NCBI GenBank assembly: GCA_965153455.1
Contig: OZ234493.1
Coordinates: 7,306,213-7,370,212 of the forward strand
Source of the DNA: Sphagnum compactum
Lineage: Eukaryota
Reading direction: 5' to 3'
Length of the DNA stretch: 64,000 nucleotides
Below the pieces are notes generated by a model. The model searched no databases. It saw only the letters and a list, made by a program, of their open reading frames with translations, and was not told the DNA's origin. The first letter of the stretch is position 1; each line of letters begins with the position of its first letter. Shown piece after piece: positions 25,511 to 39,150 of the stretch. A program made the translations under genes and the position numbers.

Positions 25511-25677
25511 TAGCTATTGTTAGTGCATTTCAGCCTATAGGTAGGTACTTATAAAAAATAAAAAATTACTACTTCTACTTATGGCTATTGTTACCTAATA
25601 CATTTTGGCCTATATATGGCCCTAATAGCCCTCAACTAATAAAAGCCCTTCCTAAGAACACCCTACCTATTTAGTTA

Positions 25678-25825
25678 GGCCTTGCCTACCAAAGCAAGGA
25701 TATTGTGTTTAGAGAATAGTAGCTTAAGGGATATTTTGGCCCCTAGGTAATTATAGGTCTAATTTTATATGAGGATTTTTGAAACATGATCTTTTGGCTT
25801 GTGTTGAAACTTGAGATTAACATAT
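25678..25825. mobile_element. Partial copy (one terminal arm) of the MITE family at 61760-62232
   Basis: TTA|GGCCTTGCCTACCAAAGCAAGGATATTGTGTTTAGA..GTGTTGAAACTTGAGATTA matches the TIR of the full copy. Confidence 0.8.
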
Positions 25826-26037
25826 GATAACAAGTTTTAATGTTTTTTTCCTCATAAGTCATAACCCTCCCAATGACTTTTGTGTTGATACCGTTGGAAA
25901 AGCGCGTTGAAAAGGTGATGTGCATATTTGTACAATTTTTCACAATTTTTGGGACCAACAAGAGCAAAAGCTAATGATTTTAGAATGATTTTTATTTTTT
26001 ATATTATTATTATATTATATTTTGAAAAAAAAATCCC

Positions 26038-26135
26038 AGAAGAACGTTGAGAATTAAAAACACTTCAACAAGAATAGTACAAGGATAGAAGAACGTTGAG
26101 AATTAAAAACACTTCAACAAGAATAGTACAAGGAT
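26038..26135. repeat. Perfect 49-bp tandem duplication
   Basis: AGAAGAACGTTGAGAATTAAAAACACTTCAACAAGAATAGTACAAGGAT x2. Confidence 0.95.
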
Positions 26136-27079
26136 GGGGCCACCTGGATTAATATACTTTGGATCAAGGGCACAGGAGCCCACTAGTTTTCTCTATTATG
26201 ATTGTTGTAGGTTTGAAGTTTGAACTTGAAGGCAAGGGGTAAAGGGTAAAGCAAATTTCCTTCGGAACATCACCCAGTACAATTGTAGCTTGATTTGAAC
26301 TTTTGATGTTTGAACTTGCCATAAGGGGTAGGCTAGAGCAATTGTGTGATGCCTTGCTTGGTTTTATACACCACCCTATTTGGTGCTCTTCTGCCAATAA
26401 AAGAAATTGCAAATTTTCTTTTTAAATGGATTCTCTCACCCATGGACCTATTAGGGTAGAGCAGCCATTGAGCAAACATTTAAGGGTTTGCAGAGCTTAT
26501 GCATCTCAGATGTTGCTCCATTGCAGCAAAAGCTCAAATAAAAGTTGTAGAGCTCATAGTTGTGTATCCAAGGGTGCTTGAATCATAAATAAAGCTCAAG
26601 AAATGAGCAAGTTATGCATATTTTAGTGTCAAGGGGTCAAAATCACGACAAGAAAATTCCTTGATCACTCAACAACGCATGAGCATCATCATGCTCATAG
26701 CATCATCATGCTCATGCATGAGCAAATGCTCAGTGATCCATGATCAAATGTTGCTACCCTCTTCACAAGTATTAAATGCAAATAAGGACGAATAGGTAAG
26801 GCCACAAAAATGGTCATCTTTGGTTTCAACAGACATGATTAAAAAAAAAATGTTTTTACAATCAATGGTGATAGGGGGAAGAGAGAGCAAAACCCTAATT
26901 TTTCCACCTACTCTCTTGGCCACCGGCGCCTCCTCCTCCAACTACGTCTACCAAAATTTTGTGCATGTTTCCTCTCTTTGGCAATCAAGCGATTGTGATG
27001 ATGTTGGTACAACTCTCAAGCTAAATTGCTTGAAATTCAAGCGCTTCAAGCTTACTCCTTCTTAGTTGTAATTGCTAAC

Positions 27080-27995
27080 AATCTTGGTCTTGGTGGTTGT
27101 CATCTTGCATATCTTGTGCTTGTAGCTGCTTGTGACCCTTTTGGTCACAGTCCTCATGTTGATCATCTTCTTCCTTTTCCTCCCTCTTGGCTACAACTAC
27201 TAGCAATTGTCCTCATCATCGTGATCGTGATTTTGGTGCTGGTCATTTTGCATCTTTTGTGTTTGTAACCGCTCGTGACCCTCTTGGTCGTGGTCCTCAT
27301 GTTGATCATTCTCTTCCTTCTCCTCCCTCTTAGCTATAGCTACTAACGTCCTAATCGTTGTGATCTTGATCTTGGTGGTCATCGTCTCGCATCTCTTGTG
27401 CTTACAGTTGTTCACAAACCTCTTGGTCATAATCCTCATGTTGTTCATCGTCTTCCTTTTCTTCCCTTTTGGCTACAGTTGTTAACAACCATCTTAGTCA
27501 TCATGATCTTGGTGGTTGTCATCTTGCATCTCTTATGTTTGTAGCCACCTGCGACCTTCCTGGTCAGGGTCCTCATGTTGATCATCGTCTTCCTTGTCAT
27601 CCCTCTTAACTACAACTACTACCAACCATCCTGGTCATCATGATCTTGATCTTGGTGGTCATCATCTTGCATCTCTTGTGTGTGTAGCTACTTGCAACCT
27701 TCCTAGTCACGATCCTCATGTTAATCATCATTTTCCTTTTCCTCCCTCATTGTTAGAGTTATTAGCAACCCCCTTGGTCATCATGATCTTGATCTTGGTG
27801 GTCCGAATCTTGCATTTATTGTGCTTGCAACTGCTCATGACCTTCTTGGTCGTGATCTTGATATTTCTGGTTTTAGTTACAACTATTGGTGATCCTCTTG
27901 GTTGTGGTCTTGGTTACAATTGTTGGCGATCTTCTTGGTTACAACTGTCGACAATTCTCCTGATTATGGTCTTGGTTGCAACTGTTGGTGATCCT
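27080..27995. repeat. Diverged ~140 bp tandem repeat (about 6 units) followed by shorter sub-repeats and CCTAAACCCTAAA
   Basis: CATCTTGCATCTCTTGTG..GGTCAC..CCTCATGTTGATCATC..CCTCCCTC recurs at ~27101, 27244, 27381, 27520, 27663 and 27806. Confidence 0.8.
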
Positions 27996-28299
27996 CCTAA
28001 ACCCTAAACCCCCCTCCTTTACTTTGGTTACTCAGTAGAACAAAGCAAGCATGTTGCAACGTGACTGCGATCAAGTATTCTAGCCCTTATTTGTAATCTT
28101 ACCTCCTATTGTGCTGAAATAAACCTTGAAAATCTTATAATTGGAATGATTTCAAACCCTTGTGCAACCCAAGAAGCTCACAGATGTTCATTTAAACGTT
28201 GTCATGCTTCCCTGACAACTATTGCAAACCAATTGTATCCAAAATCTGCTCTCGCACTTCTGGTAGCTACACATTAAAATGCCCATTCATCAACATTGA

Positions 28300-30130
28300 A
28301 GTAAGTTGCAGATTTTCTAACCTTATTTTCCTCCATTTCCTTGCGACATGTTTCCTTAATTACCTCTATAACTACCTTCTCCATAACCTTCTTATGCATA
28401 ATTGTTAGGTATTCAACACTAGTCACAACATGAAACTACAAATAGTCCACTAATGGTTCCTTTCCTCTGTTCTATTTTGCAAATAAATGAGGGAGCAACA
28501 ATAGTTGGTGCATTCTCATGATATATTGAGTCAGGTTCAAAGAAACTTGTTCTTCTTACACTTGCTCTTGACTAAGGCTATCTATATTTATTACTAAGTT
28601 TTCTTCTACCCTATCTCCTATCATGGGAGGGCTATGAGGCATATCTACATAATAACATCGGTTTAGGTTATAACAACTTAAGCCTGATTGGTGAATTGAT
28701 GTGTGTATATTGAGGAGATCTATGGCAGCAACTTTTTCTCCATAATGTTGCTCATGTTCACCTTGATCACCTTGGCATTGATCATCTTGTGCATTTGATG
28801 TGTTATTTGCTTCATTTCTTTCATTGTTCGGCCATATTGTGTAAAGGCTTGAAGGTTGAAATTTGTTGTTCATTGCATTTGGATCCAAACGCCATATACC
28901 TGTTACCCTAAAGCTAGACTTGATTTTTTTTTATCAACACCTTTTTAAAAACCTAGTCCACCCATTTGACAGAAGTAATCTTGTCTGGTTCCATGTAGTT
29001 TCTACTAGCCATTGTTGCATCTTTAACCTTTTGAAATGCAATTTTAAATGGTTTAAAACAAGAGACATCCAATGGCTAAAGAACATGAAAGGTATGTGCA
29101 AGTAAAATTATCATGTCCAATCCAAACTCATGGGCTTGTTTTACTATTTCTAGGGTTACGTGGCTACCATGGCCATTTAGAACTAGTATATGTCGGTTGG
29201 TTGAAAACACTCCACTTGGAACAAACCGCTTAAAGAAAGATAAAAATTCTTTAAACAAAAAAATAAATCATCCATGCCTTCTTTTGCATAGTCATGCATG
29301 TATTTGGTTTGCATAGCGTAATGTAATTATCTTTCAACCATTCCCCTTTAAAGATGTAAAAGCCCAATAGACTCCCATTTGTTGCATTAATAATGCAATT
29401 TATAGTCAACCATTCTCGAGGTTTTGGGATGGTACTATTAACTACATTAGACCTGTTCTTGGCTAACACCTGTGCCCCTTCTTGTTTGCCTATTTATACA
29501 CCTATTTCGTCACTATTCCATATGTGATCGGAAGGATATTGATGTAAATTATACAATGACACCAACTTTGTGTAGAATTTGTTATAGTAAGCAATTGTCA
29601 AACCTTGTGTTTTACACATCAAGTCCTTCATCATGCCTTATGACCACATTTGGATGTTGAGTTTTTAACCATCGCCACCAAGTTTTTTTAGGTATGCCAT
29701 CTCAAAATGGTGTCACCTTTGTTTGAATCATTTCTACAAGCTTCAATTTAAGTTGGTTTAATGATATATACAAGCCACATTTCCCCATTATTAGAGTTCA
29801 TTCATAGACTTTTGCATCTTCTTCTTTCGTTAACACTCCTGGTGACCACATTTTCCTACTATGGGTGCATCCATTTAAATGGTCAAAAAGAGAGTTTAAA
29901 GGTATGTGAAATATCCAACTAGCCCCCTATAAAGAACAAATACCTTGTTCAACTACTTCCATGGCTTCCTCCAAAGTTTCACTTGTCCATTTGCCCCTCA
30001 TTAATGTTGCGAAAGACTGAGTAACCCAAGTTGCTTTTTGTATCGGGGTTTCATCAAGTTTAATAAGCATGATTCCAAGTTTCAAGGGCACATTCCTTTG
30101 TTGGTTGGCCCTGTGACGCCGCTCCCTCAT
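28300..30130 (-). mobile_element. Degraded pogo/Fot1-like (Tc1-mariner superfamily, DDE_1) transposase
   Basis: HTH_psq-like RGKWTSETLEEAMEVVEQG; CENP-B-like HTH region GVLTKEED..WWRWLKTQHP; REWLTINCIINA..GFYIFKG; KKAWM; HILVLNGHGSHVTLE..GLDMIILLAHTFHVL*PLDVSCFKPFK. Stops and frameshifts are present, and the catalytic DGH reads NGH. Confidence 0.9.
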
Positions 30131-32142
30131 CTATGGGGCACAATTTGTATCATTTTCCCCTCCTGGCCTTAGCTTCCAAAGGAATCCGATTCAAAATTAG
30201 GCCCTAGTAGAAGTACACCTCTTGACTTCTTGAATTCAACCCAAGAAAATAAAAAATGAGTTAAAGCTGGAAATTTTGCAAGTGCATGCTCCCAAAGGAA
30301 CCCGATAAATGCATTGAGTTTTTAAAAATCCTCAAAGTTTTTCCACGTCAACATGACATCTATTGTTTTGTGCAAGCCGTGGGGTTGAACCTCTTAGTAC
30401 ATCTACTTGAACTTGTGGGAATTTAGTATGTCATGGATGTGCTTGAACTTTAGAATTTTTTTTTGCATAATGCTCAAACCAACAAAAACAGAGATATTTT
30501 TTATACCTCTTTGCATAAATCTAGTATATGATTTCTATCTTCACATCTGGTCCAAGGATTGGTATTACTACTACTTGTTTTGTCAACTCCTTGTTTCTGA
30601 TCAAATCTTCGCCCTTTGCATTTAACCTTAATCCCAACCGTGATCCTGAACCTTGACCCTATTCTATCTTTACTTTGACATGTACTAAATGCGGTGCTTT
30701 TACAGTTAGATCCAAATTCCCTCTATATTTCAACTCCTTATTTTTTATTAGATCCTCTCTATGTGTATCTGACCCTAATCCCAACCTTGATCTTGAACCT
30801 TGCTTTATCTTTACTTCGACATGTATGGAAGGTGTTGCTTATACATTCAGATCTACATCCCCTCTAAGGTGTTGCTCCTCTCCATGTTCTACATGTAAAC
30901 ATCTTAACAAGATTGCATTAGGAACTAGAAGCTCTAGAAAATATTGTAGTTCATCCTCTATGTGCTTTGGTAGGGAAGACATACTTCTTAAAGATGTTAT
31001 CTAAGAGTTTTACCCAATTCTGTTAGAGCTGCAACCAACTTATTGCCTTGTCCAGATTTTGGGGGGAAAACCAAAATGTTGAACTTGGGGGTAAGCTCCT
31101 CCTTTGGCATGTTAATAAATGTTGTTGTTTCACAAAGTGTGCTCTATGTGCTTTTTAGGGTTTAAGGTTTTGTCCTATAATCATGAGTTGCAATTCTTTT
31201 AATGTGCAAGGCCTTGCCCCTAAACCGAACCCTCAAACCCTTGTACATGTTCCATACAACACCCATTGCTGAACCTAACAAATCTGCAAAGCGAAAAAAT
31301 GTGCTCAAAGTTGGCAAATTGTGAAAAAAAAATTGTAAATCCACTCACAAGAACACCCATCTCCAAATGGCCAAACCAGCACATGGGGCTTTTTTGTTTG
31401 GGTCAAGCAAGCATGCACAACTATTCATCTTATACCCTTTTGCACACACCACAATCCCTAAAGGCACTCAATTTTTTTTTTAAAAAGCATTCTGGAACTA
31501 CCCCCTACACCGATCATAGAAGAGCCCCCCTGAACAATAGAGGCCAAAATTCTGAACAGTAGAAATTTCCACCGAACATTCGGTTATAGGTACATTGGTG
31601 AACAACGAACAGATATAGACTATCCCCTCTCCTGGTGTTCGCCCACCGGCCCCTGAATGGCAAAGTGCTGCTCTACCCTAGTGCCTCATGGGGGCGGGGG
31701 GGGGGGGGGGGAGGAAACCAAATTGGTTTAGGGTTTAGGTTTCATTCTAAGCATTGTAAATGTCCTCTCATAAGACTAAATCAGGGTCTCCAAGTCCAAA
31801 ACTATGGATCCCCATGATCTAACTATAACCACTATGAGCATCTCCAGCGGTGCTCAGTGGCTCAGTATGTGATCCTCCACAGTGAAATTGGATGAAGAAA
31901 AGAGTGAAATTGGATGAAGAAAAGTCGAAAAATGCTGGTTTGTCTTTAGGAAAATGGTTTTGACTCAATATAACCGTACAATTCGCGGCGACAGGGTAGA
32001 GGCCCAGCAATGCTCTGCACCTGCAGAAACGAGTGTAATAAAGTGGATCTGACTTTGATCAGTGTTTCTAATTGGCCCATCATAATGATCAGTCCAGGTG
32101 GTTTGCTATTGTTAGTCCCCCACCCTATTTGCTGTCCCGGAC

Positions 32143-32398
32143 CAGTGTTTTATTTTTCAATTTCCTGATGTAGCCAGGGTGGCGAGCATCCCTAGGCAGG
32201 CACATTTCGACTTAACTGGTGAATTTATCTGTAGCCAGTAGGCATAAATGTGGCGACACCATCCCCCAAAAAAAAACCAGTTGTTTGTCACTTGTTGTCG
32301 ATCTTATTTTTCTCAAAAACAGGGAATTTTCGACAGAATTTCAGAAAACTGTATCGCCAATTTGGCGATTTTTTGCCAAAAAGAAATCAAAGTCCCTG
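32143..32398. mobile_element. Putative hAT-type MITE
   Basis: Imperfect terminal inverted repeats CAGTGTTTTATTTTTC / GAAATCAAAGTCCCTG. The internal GTAGCCAGGGTGGCGA motif recurs near 47650. No clean 8-bp TSD. Confidence 0.45.
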
Positions 32399-32731
32399 GA
32401 CTCCAGTTTCAGTTTGGGTTTAGGGTTTAGGATTTCCTTCTAACCCTTACACATTTATGAATATTATATATAGACTCCCTTAGCTTCAACCTATTGCTAC
32501 TACTGCAAAAAAAGAAAAAGAAAATCACATAAAAAGCTTATTTGATTCTATTGATTTAATTTCAAGAGAATTCAAAAATGATTTCCCTAATTTAAATATA
32601 TTCCACAATATGATTTAATAATATCTGAAAAGTGCTGGTTGTTTAAATAACATTATTTTGCCAAACTTGTTACACCCACCATGGTAATCCTTTTTACTTT
32701 ATGGCAAAAATTCAGTACATGGTGTCTATCC

Positions 32732-33669
32732 CAATGTTGGGCAAGTATATGATTTATATATATATATATATATATATATATGGTAATAATATAGACAACT
32801 TTTTTAAATATTCAATCACAAAATGATATAAACATTAAACAAATGAAAGCCCATAAATTGCCTAGAATGAGAACCACTAAAATGCTTGGAAAGATGAGAA
32901 GAAGATTTGAACTTAGCCTTACACTTTCAACTCATATCAACACATGCAACAACCATCCCAAAAAAGAAAGGGCAATCATAATAATAATTATAATAATAAT
33001 AAATGATAATGAGTTTTGAAGGTAGCTAGACCATCACATCCTCCAACCTTTGGAACTCTCATACCCACCCACCCAAAAATTGTCTATCTATTGAGGAAGG
33101 TTGATTGTTTGTTTGTTTGTTTGTTTGTGTAGGTTTGGTTTGTTTGTCACATTCAGATCTCCCAAACCACAATGCACTTCACTAGGCTCTTGGTAACCAT
33201 CTGAAAGCCCTAGAGGTGAACTAAGGTGATTTCTTGATGTTTAGACCTATGAATGAAGAGTTATTGAATACTCAAAGAATTTTGTCACAAAAGTTTTAAA
33301 AAAGGGAAATTAGTGCACACTCTTACATAGTATTGTTAGATGTCGCTTTATGGATGAGATTTCTTGGAGATGATTTTATAACTTTTAAACCAAAGATGGG
33401 GATTGAAATTTGAATAAATTTTGTCATTGAGAATTCATTTAAATAATTAAATTTTTAATTTTTTTTACAATCAAGCTCTATGGTCAGAGTCCTATTCACA
33501 CGTGAAGCAGTTACATAGTTTTGTTCGCACTTGAGGCAATGGCAATGACTACACTAATTAATCATCAATATTTCATAAGCAAATACCAAATTGATAGGAA
33601 CCTGAATACAAGTTTCTATCCCATATTATATATGAGCCAATGAATGAACTATGTACTTGCCCAACATTA
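32732..33669. mobile_element. Putative TIR element (hAT-like ends) hosting a nested Helitron copy
   Basis: CAATGTTGGGCAAGTATAT at the left and ATGTACTTGCCCAACATTA at the right are inverted repeats. The TSD is degenerate. Confidence 0.55.
33083..33557 (+). mobile_element. Non-autonomous Helitron, diverged copy
   Basis: 5' TCTATCTATTGAGGAAGG..(TTTG)n and 3' GCAATGGCAATGACTACACTAA. Homologous to the reverse complement of 33775-34231. Confidence 0.65.
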
Positions 33670-33774
33670 GTTCAATCCTTTTAACTCATTTGCACAACAA
33701 AAATGTATTATAATTGTTCAAATCTTCTTTGTGAAAATATGAACTTGATATGTTGAAAGTTGTGATAATTATCA

Positions 33775-34231
33775 CTAGTGCGGCCTGTGCCATTGGCCCA
33801 AGTGTTCCCACGTCCTCAAACTGATTTTTTCCTTCCAAAACCTGGTTTTTAGAATTTATTTGGATTTTCAGGGGGCAAAAATCGCTTTTAAAATCAATAT
33901 ATCTCCCACATTCTCAATCCAAATTTTACCAAATAAATTCCATTAAATCCTGCTCATCAAGATCTTTCCAACAACATCGCCAAAGGCACATTCCAATTCC
34001 TCCGAAAATTTCAGCTACAATTTAATATAATTTTTAGTGAAGAAATCATTCAATATTCAAGAACTTTTGCACCGCAAGTCCAAATGTCATGGAACCAAGC
34101 CCATGCACCCCTTCTCCTCCAGAGCTTTCCAAATAGGACCAAGAACAACGTGATCTGAAGCATCCTGGTTCGGTAGATCTCATCAGTACAAAACGAAACA
34201 AACAAACAAACTTCCTTGCTTCATAGATAGA
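33775..34231 (-). mobile_element. Non-autonomous Helitron, well preserved
   Basis: Minus strand begins A|TCTATCTATG and ends GGCC-AATGGCACA-GGCC hairpin + GCA CTAG|T. It sits between A and T with no TSD. Confidence 0.85.
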
Positions 34232-34484
34232 TTCGCTACACTCTGAATAATTTCACTACTCATATGAGAATATCATAGCAGATCATGGAAAGTTTAATGA
34301 TTTAAGCTTTTAAAGAAATAATTAAATTTTTGAAAAAAAATTATTCGTTTATCATATTAGGCTATGATAATGGTTTAAACAAAAGAGGAAAAAATAAAGA
34401 AATTGTGGAATAATATCGTTAGGTGAATTTGAGTGCAAGATAAATTTGATGTCAAAAAATGCAGTGTATATAATTACACTTGAT

Positions 34485-34612
34485 CGAACCGTGTGCATTA
34501 AATGCAGAGTTTCAGCATTTCATGATGATGAGATGAGGAGATTTAGTAAAATTTCATTACTTTACGGATACAACTGAAAGAGGGATTTGAGGGTGACAGG
34601 TGGCCCAAAGAC
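34485..34612 (+). repeat. Dispersed repeat, second copy at ~60685-60810
   Basis: GTGCATTAAATGCAGAGTTTCAGCATTTCAT..GAGATTTAGTAAAA..AGAGGGAT..GGTGA..GGCCCAAAG is shared with 60685-60810. Confidence 0.7.
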
Positions 34613-34780
34613 AGTTTAGAAAGAGACAAAAAAGGAACATTATTATTATTAGGTCATGCATGCATAAAGCACTGGGCAAGAAATTCCCCAGTGTGAAAAA
34701 GGGTAACAAAAGATCAGATTCTAAAGTTGGCAGTGCAGGTGTGAAACCAGTTACCAGCACCCACCAGCACACTGTGAAGG

Positions 34781-34872
34781 ATAGATGATAAGTGGTTAGG
34801 AAACAGTTCTCTGTTGGGTTTGTGGTCCCGAGGTAACCATGGTGGTTAAGTCAATTGTTTTTTTAACTACCT
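34781..34872. repeat. Repeat present in inverted orientation at ~43461-43560
   Basis: TAAGTGGTTAGGAAAC..CTGTTGGGTTT..AACCATGGTGGTTA..CAATTG versus CAATTG..TAACCACCATGGTT..AAACCCAACAG..GTTTCCTGATCACTTA. Confidence 0.75.
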
Positions 34873-35849
34873 GCATAGGTCATGAAATTTACAATTCTGA
34901 AAAATTCTTTACAAGTCTCCACACTAAACTTCAAAATCAAACAAGCACTGAAAAATTCAATATAACAACAAGAGAACAAACAAAAAGACACTAACAACAC
35001 AATGCCACATAAAATAAGACTAACGTGGACAATTCGATGAGAACATCTAAACTTTAAATGTACATCTTGATGCTATGAAATGTTCGTGTACAACAACAAA
35101 AAAAGAAGCCAAGTGCAAAGATCCTCCAAATGAACTATTAAAGTCTATCAAATTTGTTGTTGACAAAAATCAAGTTACAAAGTTTCCAAATGCCAAATAT
35201 GCAATATACTAAAAAAATATCAAAGCTATTGTCCAAAAGTTTGTGGTCAACTCAACCATAGAAGCCAATAATCAAAGTCTTTAGTTCCCACTCAAAGAAA
35301 AGAACACTCAAAATTTCTAGTTCCCAATCCAAACAAAAAAAATCATCAAAGTGTTATGAAATGTCCATCTATCACAACAAAACAAAAAAATCAAGTTAAA
35401 AGATCCAACACATCGAGTGCAATAACAAGCACTTTTAGTCGATAAGATACATTTTTATTTACCTCCTTTTTTGGAGCAAAAACAAATTATGTTAAAGCAA
35501 AAGAAATTTGAAGTCTACTAAAAGACAAACACATTTGGCAAGATTGACCACATAATTGATAGTTATAAGACAATTATGCAAGTTACTACTAGCATACCCA
35601 AAGAGAATTCTCACGGTAATAACCCCTGACAATAAATGACCAAAATAAAATCCATCCACTTGTGTTTTAAAAGTTCATTTTCAAACATTTCAATCCAAAA
35701 ATGATTAACAAATTCAACAAAGGATTTCCTAATAGATTGTTGAACATGACACACAACTTTGTTTATAGAAGAATTGGTCAGTTTAGGAGACGATCCTTTT
35801 ATAGACCTTGTGAATTGTTTGTGCTTAAGAGTTATGGCTATTTTGACTC

Positions 35850-36170
35850 CTAACCCTTCTTTTGACTATAACTCCTACCTTCAAATGGAGAATGTGATTT
35901 CACTTTCAATATTTACATTTTAAAAGTTTTCCAATAGTATGAAGAATGTTATATTTAAATAAGGTTCATTCCTTGCACTTTTGTCCCAAAGTTTTGGAAC
36001 ACTTCGAAATTCTCAACTCCCAAAGTGGAAAATTAATCTTTGGAATCTTAGAAGTGCTATCATTTCATTCCTTCATTTTTTTAATCCTCTTTATTTCTTT
36101 AGCTTGTTTGCCTCATTTCCTCTTTATCTTGCCCCAACTTTGGTTGCGAACCCAAGGTTAAAATCATAAT
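35850..36170. mobile_element. Possible degraded LTR/solo-LTR fragment
   Basis: Ends TTGGTTGCGAACCCAAGGTTAAAATCATAA and contains AACTCCCAAAGTGG. This resembles termini of abundant moss LTR-type repeats, recalled rather than verified. Confidence 0.35.
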
Positions 36171-38042
36171 AGTTGGCCACCTCCATGTCAAATTTAGTTA
36201 GAACGAGGGTTTTTATCGTGTGTGTCATTTTTAACACATCTACCAATCTTGTTTGATAAAATTTTGTCTTTCAAATTAAGGAAGGTCATTGTCAATTTAT
36301 TATCAATGAAACATAATTAGTTCTGACCCACTATTTTAGTCGTAAACAAAACATCATTGGACCATCTCCACTTTGGTTTAAAATGCAAGAACATGAGGTA
36401 TGGCCCCAACTTACTAAGAGGCAATCAAAAAGTCATTGTTTCACCAATTCCTTGAAAGTGTCAATAACATCAAGAATAGGACAATCAATGGAAGGTTGAT
36501 GTTTGCCAATATAATACGTACTTTGTGATATCAATATACAATTTGTTTGAAATGCCTCGACATAATCTAAGTACCAAACCTACAAGTAGTTACAAATGAA
36601 TTTTTTTTTCAAAGTTAACATGCTTGAACTATTGGTGACCTTGGATGAAAAGTTACACACACAAAATAGCCAAATCACAAATTTAGCATTATCAATGATG
36701 TAGCCTAACAAATTTCTTATGCCAATATCTTCATTTCCTCCACAATAGACAACACATCAAATTTCTTAATGCTTTTACTAAAACCCACCAAAGATGCATG
36801 CAAATCTACTTCATCACCAAGTAGTTTCACACGTTCAAACCTAACATTTTTATAAAAAAAAACACTTAAAAATAGTTTGTCAATTTCAACAATGCGTTAA
36901 ACCTATTTCTACCTAATCAACCTTCCAATACTTTTGATCAAAGTTTGGATGTTGAGTCATGAATTAAAAAATAAAGAAAACAAAACAATTCCATCATTTA
37001 CACAAATCATTAATTATAAATCTTTGCAAATTATCACATTAAAAAAACATATACACACATACAATTTGAATAGGGAAATATTGTACAACCATTTCAATTC
37101 AAGGTTTTTAATTTGTATCATTTGGAAAAACAATTGTAAACAAATGCATCACCTACAAATCTGAAGCTTCAACTATAACATTTTTATAAATAGATTCATT
37201 ACATCAAACTCAAAAAATAAGATGAAAAAAAAAATGATTAACAAATAAACCTATAAAATTAAAAAAATTACAAACTTGAATTCATGGATTAATTTCATAC
37301 CTTATAGAAGGATACAAAAGGCACCATCCTTTGTCACTTCAACAACAAACATGGACAACATGTCCACTAATTCCTTAAGAACATATTCTTTTTTTTAATA
37401 AAATTGTAATTGATTTTGATTTGTCAAAACTTTGAAATTCTTTACCACTTGTCAAGCCCACATTTCAACATACTTGTTAAATCTTTGACTACACTTGTTG
37501 ACACTTTTCAACCAAAGGTACACCAAGTACCAACTAGGGTGGGTGTTAGTTCACCCTGGCCCACCCAAGTACCAACTTGGGGGGTCCTAGAGACAGTGGT
37601 AAGTTGGTTATTCCCTCCAAGGGTGAAAACCAGTGAGAGGGAATAATAGCAAGGCGGCCAGGGGTGTGCTTTGATCAAGGTTACATGTGCCACACGTAAA
37701 CATAGACATCATCCACATGTGCCTTACAAACCCAACGTTGTCAAAAGAATTGTGCGTGTTGTAGCCTTCCTTCTTGGCCTTCTCGTCCACCCAAGTAACA
37801 GCCGTCACCCCTTTTTTTCATAAGCAACCTAGCCGCCACACTTTTGTTTAATATAATAACAGAATATTTTTCTTCTCCCCGCTAACATGGCCACCCCCCT
37901 CCTTTTTCTTTTTAAGATTCACAATTCGTTTTGGCTGTTGTCAAAAGAAAGAGAGTGATGCAAATAATTCAAAATGCACATATCCATGAAATTTATCATG
38001 AAGAACTGAAGCACGCTAGACAAACTCACATTTAGAGAGTTA

Positions 38043-38075
38043 CTAGTTTGAACCCCGTGCCTAATGCACAGTTGT
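38043..38075 (-). mobile_element. Helitron 3' terminus (outer)
   Basis: Minus strand reads CTGTGCATTAGGCACGGGGTTCAAA CTAG|T, a hairpin followed by CTAG. Confidence 0.75.
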
Positions 38076-39082
38076 GTGTATTTGAAGGTACATATTACAA
38101 AATGATGTTGAATGATGTTGGTGTTGTGTGTATTTGAAGGTACATATTACAAAATGATGTTGAATGATGTTGGTGTCCATGACATCATCCTTTATTGGTT
38201 TTTGTTTAGTTTGTTTCTAATGTTTGTAAGGCACACCTTGAGACATTTTTTCTCCTCCTCAATTGCTTTTCATGTTTTGTGTTTATCTTTTTTTTTAACT
38301 TGTATATTATTAAGTATAAAAAACTTTTATTCTAGTTTGTCTTGTTGCAACTTGAAGGTGGTTTTTTTTTTTTTTTTTTTGGGGGGGTGCTATTTGAAAC
38401 TTGAAAAACAATATTTTTTTGAATGTGTGGGTTTAGGGTTTAGGGTTATTTGTGGGTATATGTTTGGCAATGCAATGTTGTTTCCATTTTTATTCACACA
38501 ATTTTTGTTTGGATGCTATTGTGATTTTTATTTTTAAAAATTGGTAATTTTGGTCATCCATATTGGAAGGGAGTTCATTTCATGGCCCTCAACATTAATC
38601 TACAATCAAAGGTTATTTTGATGATATTTAATTTCTTAGTAGAACAAAAGCCCATATAATATATTAATACATTACCTACATATGCATAATAAACTATCAA
38701 ATTTCCAATTTAGGCTTTTCCACATTTTGAACACATTTGAAAAATGGAGTTAATAACTAAAATTTAAAAGAATAACCAATTATAAAAAATAACAAAATAT
38801 TTGATAAGATATATAATTTTTCTCCCCTTTATTTGAATAGAAAATCAAATCTAGAACTTGTAAGAAAAGTCACTAATAGAAGCAATTGCACTCAATAAAA
38901 AACACATGGAAAAATTCATGTCACTTAATTTTGGAACCTCTTTTATGTCCACTAAAAGAAAGACCGAGTCTTGCAAGGTTTTTGTGAGGTTTGTTCTACC
39001 CTCTACAGGGATTTCAAATCCTGGGATGACCTACATAGATAGAGCGATGGGTCACTGCTTGTGGATGGATGGATGGATGCAC

Positions 39083-39150
39083 TAGATGGATGATGGGACG
39101 CACCCCGTGCCTAATGCATAGGTGTGTGTATTTGACGGTACATATTACAA
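39083..39150 (-). mobile_element. Second Helitron 3' terminus of the same family
   Basis: CCCCGTGCCTAATGCA..GTGTGTATTTGA.GGTACATATTACAAAAT is nearly identical to 38053-38103. Minus-strand CTAG|T at 39083. Confidence 0.7.

Noticed and set aside
34940-37400. Possible transposase relic
   Set aside because: Too degraded; no catalytic motif could be read with confidence.
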